From Alphaproteobacteria bacterium (GTDB lineage: Bacteria > Pseudomonadota > Alphaproteobacteria > GCA-2731375): a stretch of 64,000 bases of DNA. Below, piece after piece: positions 56,241 through 64,000 of the stretch. Made by a program: the position numbers and the translations under genes. Under the pieces are notes generated by a model. The model did no database searches. It had not been told where the DNA came from and saw only the letters and a program-made list of their open reading frames with translations. Each line of letters begins with the position of its first letter. The first letter of the stretch is position 1. The stretch lies in contig CBDDBZ010000038.1 of NCBI GenBank assembly GCA_965225945.1, forward strand, positions 64,001-128,000, in the 5' to 3' direction.

Positions 56241-59200
56241 TCAGGCCAGTTCGTCAAGTAGCGCCTTCGCGTCCTTGAGGTCCGGCGTGTCAAAGCCTTC
56301 GGTGAACCAGTTGTAAATCGGCGCGAGGAGTTCTCGGGCTTGGTCGGATTTGCCCTGACTGAGCCTGAGCCGCGCCAGGTCGCACGCGGCCCTGAGTTGG
56401 AATAGGCGCGAGGTCTGCTGCTTGGCCACTGCCATTGCCTGGCAGAAGTCTACTTCGGCCTCAGAACTAGCCTCCTCTTGGGCCATCGACAGTCGCACCA
56501 GTGCCCGAACTCGATAGAGTTCCGGTTCGTACCACCTGATTCCTGTCACCTCGACGCTGTGCAGAGCTTCTGAAAGGCTCTCCAACGCCTCTGTGGCTCT
56601 TCCGAGGCCTAAGAGCGCCTGCGCACGCAAGACTAAATAGGCGGGGCGATTAAAAAGCGTTCGCCTCGCCTCCATGCTGCGTTCGCCCTCATCCAAGAAC
56701 CGAAGGGCCTCATTATCCTCACCCCCGCTTTGAACCAGTATGGCCCCAAGATGGAAACGCCCGAAGGCCGAATAGAGAGACACCTGGTGCTCGTCGGCAT
56801 ATGAGATCAAATGCTCGGAGGCCCGGCGTCCTCCCTCGATCGTTCGTTGGAGCGTATGCATCCATGACAGCCACATATAGGCGTAACAAGTCGTCGTCAG
56901 ATGGCCGATCTCGTCGCTCAGGGTGATCGCCTGGTGGGCGTTCGTCTGCGCGCGGTCGGCGTAACCTAAGAAGCAGTTCGCAATTGCTTGATGGCAAGGT
57001 GCCGCCACCCCCGCATCATGCCCGTACCGAAGAGCGGAGTCGCGATGCGCCTCCTGATCGTAATACGCCTCCGACTTCGACCCATGCTCAAGCGCCTCAC
57101 CAAAACCCGCCATAAAGTTCAAGATCGCTGCAATGGCTCGATGCGCGATGCACAGGGCTTCCGGATCACCGTATCCTTTAGCCCACTCGAGAAGTTCTTC
57201 GGCGTATGCGAGCGCTCGCACCGCCTCTCCCTTGTTAGCGCTGTCGAGAAAAAGACCGTGTAACACCGAGGCGTGCCGACTGTCGATCGGCAGCAACGGC
57301 AACAGGTCCCGCGCCTTCAAATACGCCTGCTCGGTCACGTCGGCCGCGTAGCCTTCGGCAGCTATGTACGCGCTCGCCTTGGCGATCTGCAGATCGAGTT
57401 CCAGGCTGCTACCTTGCGTTCCGGCGACCATGGCCTCCACCACCTCAAGTCCTCGATTGAAGTGTGCAATGGCCTCGCGGCTGGCCGCGCGGGCGATGGC
57501 TAGGAGTCCGGCTGCAAGCCAGGACCGGGCAGCGGGTTCATGCTCATCCGCCTCAGTGTAGTGGTGGGCCACCAGCTCCGGCTGGGCCTGGACGGTCTCC
57601 GGGAACCGCGCCTCGATGAGCTCGGCGACCTGGCGGTGATAGTACTGCCGCGTGCGCTTCAGGAGCGACTGATAGGCGGCGTCCTGGACCAGGGCGTGCT
57701 TGAAGATGTACTTGGCCCGCGGCGGCCGCCCCCGCTGATAGAGGAGCTCGGCGTCGACCAGCTGGGCCAAGCCCTCTTGCAAGGTCGTCTCCTCGATCGA
57801 AACGATGGCTTGCACCATCTCGTAGGCGAACTCCCGTCCCAGCACGGCGCCGAGCTGGGCCACCTCGCGTATCGCCGGCAGCCGGTCCAGCCGCGCCATC
57901 AGCGAGTCCTGCAAGGTGGCCGGGATGGTGACCTCCGACAGTTGGCGGGCGAGCTCCCAGCTGCCGTTCCGTTCGCGCAGGAAGTCCGCCTCCAGGATCG
58001 TCTTGGTCAGCTCCTCGACGAAGAGCGGCACCCCATCGGTCTTGCCGACGATGTGCTCGACGACCTCCTCGGGCAGCGCTTTGCCGCCGGCCTGCAGCGT
58101 GATCAGCGCCTCCACCTCGGGCCGCTCCAGGCGGTTCAGCGTCAGCGTCGTCATGTGCGAGCGCTGCGGCCAGGGTGGCTGGAACTCGGGGCGAAAGGTG
58201 AGCACGTTGAGGATCGGCGCGGTCGGCGCCTGCTCAATCTCCAGCGCCAGAAGCTCCAGCGTCGAAGGGTCGGCCCAGTGCAAGTCCTCCCACACTTGCA
58301 GCACCGGTTGGCGCTCGGCCTCCTCCAGCAACCAAGCCACGGTCGCGTCGAGGGTCTGCTGCTTTTGCTGCTGCGGGGTCACTTTTAAAGGCGGATATCG
58401 ATCGTCCGGCAGCGGCAGAGACAGCAGCGCGGTAAACAGCGGGATCACCTCGTCCAGCGGCAGGCTGAAGTCTCGGAGAGCCTCTTCCAACTTGGCTAGC
58501 TTGACGTCGGCACTATCTTCGCGCTGCCACCGTAGAACGCGCTCCAAGTGAACGATCAGGGGAAAGAGCGCGCTGTTGGTATGATATGGCGAGCAGCCGA
58601 GCGTGATCTGGGTATAGCCCTGATGGCTGAGCTCTGCGTTCAATGCGTCCACCAGCCGCGATTTGCCGATGCCGGGCTCGCCGCTGATCAGGACGACTTG
58701 CCCGAGTCCTGATTTGCTCTGTTGCCAGGCGCGCCGGAGCAGGCCAAGCTCGTGCTCACGCCCGACAAATTGGGTAAGCACGCCCGGGTGTGCCGCCTCG
58801 AACCGGGTCTCCGCGGTGCTCTCGCCGATCACGCGCCAGGCCGCAACCGGGTCGGCAAACCCCTTGAGTTGATGGGTCCCGATGTCCTCGAGGTCGAGGG
58901 CTTCGCCGATCAGGAGCCGAGTGGTGGAGCCGATCACCACCTGCCCTGGCGACGCCACTGCCTGCAGACGGGCCGCCAGATTCGGCGTCTCCCCGGTGAT
59001 CGCATCCTCTTCGGTCGCGGCCTCGCCAACAATGTCCCCGATCACCACCTGTCCGGTGGCGATGCCGACCCGCGCCTCAAGCGTCTGGTCGTCCTCGGTC
59101 TTCAGGTCGGCTACCGCCGCAACGGCGGCCAGGCCTGACCGCACGGCCCGCTCCGCTTGGTCCTCATAGGCTTGCGGCCAGCCGAAGAAGGCGAGCACCC

Positions 59201-59612
59201 CGTCGCCGAGAAACTTGGCGACATGACCCTCGAAACGCGCCACTACCCCGGCCACGGCGTCCTGGTAGCGGCTCATCACCTCGCGCAGGTCCTCCGGGTC
59301 GAGCCGGCGCGACAGGGCAGTGGAACCGACGAGGTCGCAGAACATCACCGTCAGCTGCCGGCGCTCGGCCTCTGGCGCTGCCCGGGCCGGTGGGGCGGCC
59401 TCCGTCGCCTCAGATTGCTCCTCAACTTCGGCCGACAGCGCAGCAATTGCTTTCAGTAATTTCTTGCGCGGTCCCAACGGGATGCCGATCTTTTCAAGAT
59501 CGGGTTCCGCAAGCTCCGGCAAGACTTCGAAATCGACCTCGTGCTCGTTGAACGCGTCCGCGTACTTGCCGAGGCCCAAATCATCCAACCATGTGGCGAT
59601 GTCGCTCGTCAT
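56241..59612 (-). CDS. SAM domain + class III adenylate/guanylate cyclase + STAND-type AAA ATPase + TPR protein
   Basis: WLDDLGLGKY (SAM); VMFCDLVGST, KFLGDG, NLAARLQ (cyclase); GEPGIGKS, WEDLHWAD, GVPLF (ATPase); tail WFTEGFDTPDLKDAKALL. Confidence 0.93.
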   Translation of the reverse strand: MTSDIATWLDDLGLGKYADAFNEHEVDFEVLPELAEPDLEKIGIPLGPRKKLLKAIAALSAEVEEQSEATEAAPPARAAPEAERRQLTVMFCDLVGSTALSRRLDPEDLREVMSRYQDAVAGVVARFEGHVAKFLGDGVLAFFGWPQAYEDQAERAVRSGLAAVAAVADLKTEDDQTLEARVGIATGQVVIGDIVGEAATEEDAITGETPNLAARLQAVASPGQVVIGSTTRLLIGEALDLEDIGTHQLKGFADPVAAWRVIGESTAETRFEAAHPGVLTQFVGREHELGLLRRAWQQSKSGLGQVVLISGEPGIGKSRLVDALNAELSHQGYTQITLGCSPYHTNSALFPLIVHLERVLRWQREDSADVKLAKLEEALRDFSLPLDEVIPLFTALLSLPLPDDRYPPLKVTPQQQKQQTLDATVAWLLEEAERQPVLQVWEDLHWADPSTLELLALEIEQAPTAPILNVLTFRPEFQPPWPQRSHMTTLTLNRLERPEVEALITLQAGGKALPEEVVEHIVGKTDGVPLFVEELTKTILEADFLRERNGSWELARQLSEVTIPATLQDSLMARLDRLPAIREVAQLGAVLGREFAYEMVQAIVSIEETTLQEGLAQLVDAELLYQRGRPPRAKYIFKHALVQDAAYQSLLKRTRQYYHRQVAELIEARFPETVQAQPELVAHHYTEADEHEPAARSWLAAGLLAIARAASREAIAHFNRGLEVVEAMVAGTQGSSLELDLQIAKASAYIAAEGYAADVTEQAYLKARDLLPLLPIDSRHASVLHGLFLDSANKGEAVRALAYAEELLEWAKGYGDPEALCIAHRAIAAILNFMAGFGEALEHGSKSEAYYDQEAHRDSALRYGHDAGVAAPCHQAIANCFLGYADRAQTNAHQAITLSDEIGHLTTTCYAYMWLSWMHTLQRTIEGGRRASEHLISYADEHQVSLYSAFGRFHLGAILVQSGGEDNEALRFLDEGERSMEARRTLFNRPAYLVLRAQALLGLGRATEALESLSEALHSVEVTGIRWYEPELYRVRALVRLSMAQEEASSEAEVDFCQAMAVAKQQTSRLFQLRAACDLARLRLSQGKSDQARELLAPIYNWFTEGFDTPDLKDAKALLDELA

Positions 59613-59846
59613 CCCCGCCTCGATCAAACCGGTGACGATGGTAACCTTAGGCGCTTTCGCCCACACGATCTATTGGTATGGGCCGAGATCCCCAGCTAAG
59701 GGCCGACTTCCGCAGTGGGTCAAAGAACGAAACCGCTTTCAGCGGTAGTTCGTGGTGCCGGGCGGTGAGGTCGGTGGCGTAACGGATGGGTCGATCCTGT
59801 GTTGAGGTTTGGAGTTCCGAAGCTCACGCAACACGGGAGCAGACCC

Positions 59847-60746
59847 ATGACCGATAGTGACAAGACCATCAGCCCGCTGCGCCAGCGCATGATCGACGAC
59901 ATGGTGCTTCGCGGCTTCAGTGCCAACACGCAGCGCGGCTACATCAGTGCGGTGGCCGGCTTTTCCGACTTTCTCGCACGCTCTCCGGATCGGGCGGAGG
60001 CGGAGGATCTCAGGCGCTATCAAGTGCATATGCGCAAAGCAGGCGCATCGGCGACGACGATGAACGCGGCGGTCTCGGCATTGCGGTTCTTCTTCGGCGT
60101 CACGCTCGGCCGAGGCGACGCCGAGATCGGCATGACGACGGTGGCAATGCCGCGCAAGCTGCCGGTGATCCTGAGCGTCGAGGAAATGGCGCGGCTTCTC
60201 GATGCCGCCCCCGGTCCCAAATACAAGGCGGCCTTTTCGCTGGCCTATGGCGCCGGCCTGCGCGCTTCGGAGGTGGTCCATCTCAAGGTCCCGGACATCG
60301 ACAGCAACCGCAAGACGCTTCGCATCGAGCAAGGTAAGGGCCGCCGAGATCGCTACGCCATGCTCTCGGATCGCGCCGTCGAGCAGCTCAGGGTCTGGTG
60401 GTTGCTTGGCCGCGCCCGCGGCGTGATGCTGCCCGGCGGTTGGCTGTTTCCAGGCCAGAACCCGGTCAACCCGTTGACCACCCGCCAGCTCCGTCGCGCC
60501 CTCGATGGCGCCAAGGCGGGGGCGGGGATCGAGAAGCGGATCTCGCTTCACACGCTGCGCCACTGCTTCGCCACCCATCTCCTCGAACAGGGCGTCGACA
60601 TCCGCGTGATCCAGGTTCTACTGGGGCACAAGAAGCTGGAGACCACGGCTCACTACACCCAGGTCGCCAGCACCACCTTGCGGCGCGCCAAGAGCCCACT
60701 GGACCTGCTCGAGCCGCCGACGCCCAAGACCAAGCCGCCGAAGTGA
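59847..60746 (+). CDS. Tyrosine recombinase/integrase, copy 2
   Basis: Identical translation to 51513-52412. Confidence 0.93.
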   Translation: MTDSDKTISPLRQRMIDDMVLRGFSANTQRGYISAVAGFSDFLARSPDRAEAEDLRRYQVHMRKAGASATTMNAAVSALRFFFGVTLGRGDAEIGMTTVAMPRKLPVILSVEEMARLLDAAPGPKYKAAFSLAYGAGLRASEVVHLKVPDIDSNRKTLRIEQGKGRRDRYAMLSDRAVEQLRVWWLLGRARGVMLPGGWLFPGQNPVNPLTTRQLRRALDGAKAGAGIEKRISLHTLRHCFATHLLEQGVDIRVIQVLLGHKKLETTAHYTQVASTTLRRAKSPLDLLEPPTPKTKPPK

Positions 60747-60759
60747 GCCGGCGGCCTCG

Positions 60760-63012
60760 GTGCCGCGTCCCGCGCTCGAGGTCCAGGACATCTTCCGCGA
60801 CCACGGGCCCGGCTTCCGTCGGGCCCGGGCCGGTCGTCTGAGCCTCGGCCAACTGAAGGTCATGTCGGCGATCGAGTGTTGCCGCACCGCCGCGCTCGGC
60901 GGTCATGTCGCGGCCTGCGAGGACTGCGGGCAGAACCACATCGCCTACAATTCCTGTCGCAACCGCCATTGTCCCAAATGCCAAGGCCAGGTCGCGCGCG
61001 AATGGCTGGCGGCGCGAGAGGCCGAACTGCTCTCCGTCCCCTACTACCATCTCGTCTTCACCCTGCCAGCGGCGATCGCCGACATCGCCTATCAGAACAA
61101 GTCGGTGATCTACGATATCCTGTTCAAGGCGAGCGCCGAGACCATGCTCACCATCGCCGCCGATCCCAAGCATCTCGGCGCCAAGATCGGCATCACCGCC
61201 GTGCTCCACACCTGGGGCTCGGCCATGACCCACCATCCCCACATCCACATGATCGTGCCGGGTGGCGGAATCTCACCTGACGGTAGCAGTTGGATCTCTT
61301 GCCGGCCCGGCTTCTTCCTGCCCGTCCGCGTGCTCTCGCGCCTCTTCCGCCGCCTCTTCATCGAGAAGCTCCTCGCCGCCCACGAGGCAGGGCGCCTGAA
61401 GTTCTTCACCGACCACACCAGCCTCGCCGAGCCGGCGGCCTTCCGTGTCTTCCTCGCACCGATGCGCAAACAAGAACCTGATTACGCACTAACCTCAGCC
61501 AACTTCAGGAGCCGATATGGCATGGGCGGCGTGCGCAGGGCATCGCGGCCGAGGGCTTCGATCATGTCGGCGAGCCGGTAGCGGCGGTTGTATCGGTACT
61601 GGAACGCCGCCAGTTAGCGCGGCACATGCTTGGGTCGGATCGCATGGTAGGTACCGCGCAGGGTGTTTTTGAGGTTGCCGAGGGTGGTGTTGACCCATTT
61701 GAAGGCGGGCACGGCGACGGCCCCGGGTCCGGAGCCAGTGGGTATCGGATGGTGCGCACAGCCTTGCGCGGTGACCGCGGTGAAGCAGCCGAGCCCATCG
61801 CTGACAACCGTCGCCAGCGGGCTCAGGTCGCGCTTGGCCATCTTGGCGATCTCGCTCTTGCGGAAGCCCTTGACGCGGCGGAGCTTGATGCGCACGGGCT
61901 GGCCCTCCGCCGTGGTCTGGACGGCGGCGACGAACGGTGTCTTGCCCGGCGCGCCTCGGCCGCGCTTGGCCCCGGAACGCCGGCCGCCGAGGTAGGCATC
62001 GTCCATCTCCACCCGCCCGGTGAGCGGCAATTTGGCATCGCGCTCGAGCATGGACTGCATCAGTTTCTGCTTGATCTTCCAGGCCGTGGTCTGGGTGACG
62101 CCGAGCCGCCGGCCGAGTTCGAGGGAGGAGATCCCTTTCTTCGATTGGGTCATGTGATAGATCGCCGAGAACCACAGGGTCAGCGCCAGCTTGGTCGCGT
62201 GGAAGAGCGTGCCGGCGGTCAGCGAGACTTGATGACGGCAGGCGGCGCATTGGTAGAGTTTTCGCCCGGCGATCTCGCAATGGCGCGTGGCGCCACATCG
62301 GGGGCAGGCGAACCCCTCCGGCCAGCGCCAGCGGAAAAGGGCCTCGCGACACTGCTCCTCGGTACCGTACAACTCACGAAAACGCGGCTCGCTGAGCCCC
62401 TTCTGGAACTGAACCTTGTTGCGTGGCATTGTGAACCTCCAGAAAAACCGCCATTTGTTCACGGTTTGTACCACATCAATCCGGCTGAGTAAAGTGCGTA
62501 ATCAGGAACAAGAATGGGTCGTCTACGCCAAGCCGCCCTTCGGCGGACCAGAGGCCGTGCTCGCCTATCTCTCCCGCTACACCCACCGTGTCGCCATCTC
62601 GAACAGCCGCCTGGTCAGCTGCGACAGCCAAGGCGTCATCTTCAAGTACAAGGACTACCGGCGCAAAGGACGCGAGCGCTACAAGACCTTGCCCCTGGCC
62701 GTGCCCGAGTTCATCCGCCGCTTCCTCCTCCATGTCCTGCCCTCGGGCTTTCACCGCATCCGCCATTACGGCCTCTTCGCCAACGGCGGTCGCACCCGCA
62801 ACATCTCCCTTGCCCGCGAACTGCTTGCCATGCCGGCACCGGAGAGTGAGGCCGACGATGCCGCGAGTGACGATGATACCGAACCGCCGTCCCTCTCAGA
62901 GCCCTGCCCGCAGTGCGGCGGCCGTATGATCGTCATCGAGCGCTTCGAGGCCGGCGCCCAACCACGCGCCCCGCCCCGTGCACGGCCCCTGGCCAGGGCC
63001 ACGGCAGCATGA
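60760..63012 (+). pseudogene. IS91-family transposase split by IS1595
   Basis: ...PMRKQE | EWVVYAKPP resumes after 62506. Confidence 0.92.
61477..62506 (-). mobile_element. IS1595-family element; transposase 61482-62429 with a premature TAA at 61614
   Basis: 24-bp IR CCTGATTACGCACT..CTCAGCC; 8-bp TSD AACAAGAA; CPRC..CAAC, VEMDDAY, VVSDG; HVPR*LAAFQYRYNRR. Confidence 0.92.
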
Positions 63013-63524
63013 CCGACACCGCTTCGAATAACGCTATTGCCGCCGCTCACCCGCGGCCACGATCCCGCTCGCCGCAACACCATCGAGCGCGCAGGGAACC
63101 ACCTGCGAGACCCGCCGGCATCGACCCGAAGTCGCCATCAAACCACCCTGCCGGTGTCGTCGCCAATCAGATCCGAGCCATCCAGCAGCGCCGGCCACCC
63201 GAGAAAGCTGGCCCGCCGCTCGCAAATCCCCATAGACCGAGCGTGCCGCACCGCCGAGCCTAGTCCTGCCCGCGGTTTCCTCCCTTGAGCGTTGTCCGAC
63301 ACCTGCCGATCCAGTCCGCCGGATGCAACCCCTGCGCCTCGGCAGGTGTCCGACAACGCTTAACAACAATTTCCTGTCAGCATTTGCTAATATCATGGAG
63401 AGTCTCAGGGCTACGACAGACATCGCGAGGCCACATCGGACATCGGGCACCAGGCCTCGGCCGGCCACGCGCCCACGCTCGCTCGCGCCGACATCGGGCG
63501 TGGCGGGCGACCTCGAAAGCTTGC

Positions 63525-64000
63525 TCAGGGCCGGAAGCCGAAGCGCGGTTTGCCCGGTTTCCTGAGCGGCGCCGCCAGATTGGCGAACTCGCACAAGAGC
63601 GGGCGGGTTTCGCGAGGATCGATGATCTCCTCGATCAAGAAACTCTCGGCGGTGCGGAACGGCGAGCGGTAACGGTCCAGCCGTTGCTCGATCTCGGCGA
63701 GCTTGGCGGCCGGATCGTCGGCCTCCGCCAACTCCGACTTGTAGGCCGCCTCCAGCCCGCCGGCGATCGGCAGCGAGCCCCAGTCACCCGAGGGCCAAGC
63801 GTAGCGCAGATTGAAGCGCGAGCTGTTCATGTGGGCCGCGCCGGCGACGCCGTAGACCTTGCGGACCAGCACCGCGCACCAGGGCACGGTGCATTGGAAG
63901 ATGGCCGCCATCGCCCTGACGCCGCGGCGGATTGTCGCCGCCTGCTCGGCCTCCCGTCCGATCAAAAAGCCCGGAATGTCCGCCAGATGCGCGATCGGCA
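63525..64000 (-). CDS. Acyl-CoA carboxylase carboxyltransferase domain protein (5' part outside the window)
   Basis: DIPGFLIG, VRKVYGVAG, AWPSGDWGSLP, EEIIDPRETR. Confidence 0.85.
   Translation of the reverse strand, partial: PIAHLADIPGFLIGREAEQAATIRRGVRAMAAIFQCTVPWCAVLVRKVYGVAGAAHMNSSRFNLRYAWPSGDWGSLPIAGGLEAAYKSELAEADDPAAKLAEIEQRLDRYRSPFRTAESFLIEEIIDPRETRPLLCEFANLAAPLRKPGKPRFGFRP

Larger units (their letters stand above)
59721..63366 (+). mobile_element. Tyrosine recombinase + IS91-like transposase element, copy 2 (interrupted by IS1595)
   Basis: Direct repeat of copy 1; CAA at both junctions (59721-59723 and 63364-63366). Confidence 0.9.

Noticed and set aside
51387-63366. Prophage or classical integron because of the integrases
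   Set aside because: No phage structural genes, no IntI-specific insertion evident and no attC array recognised; each integrase is paired with an IS91-type transposase

Overview
GC-rich alphaproteobacterial chromosomal segment (Rhodospirillales-like by inference from the pcm-tolC-popZ-valS order next to tRNA-Cys). Intact metabolic and housekeeping blocks (1-9.4 kb, 26-35 kb, 40.8-47.5 kb) alternate with three IS-rich, eroding regions. (i) 9.7-26 kb: katG, truncated aquaporin and rubrerythrin, a group II intron remnant, IS1380/IS256/IS1595/IS4/IS630 elements, and a TPR-methyltransferase gene split by a 4.1-kb four-gene IS21-type element (Zn-finger, IstA, IstB, degenerate Toprim). (ii) 35.5-40.2 kb: a low-GC ORF, a truncated IS66 and an IS21. 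(iii) 47.5-63.4 kb: garbled IS remnants, then two direct copies of a tyrosine recombinase + IS91-like HUH transposase element. These copies flank a 675-bp inverted duplication carrying 43-bp repeats with an NrdR-box-like core, plus a SAM-cyclase-STAND-TPR gene. The best candidates for new biology are the four-gene IS21 element and the Int/IS91 element, whose rejoined insertion site matches an empty motif copy at 35.5 kb. All calls were made by eye with no database searches. The stretches 17.76-18.2 kb, 47.5-51 kb and 54.0-54.3 kb may be assembly or consensus artefacts.
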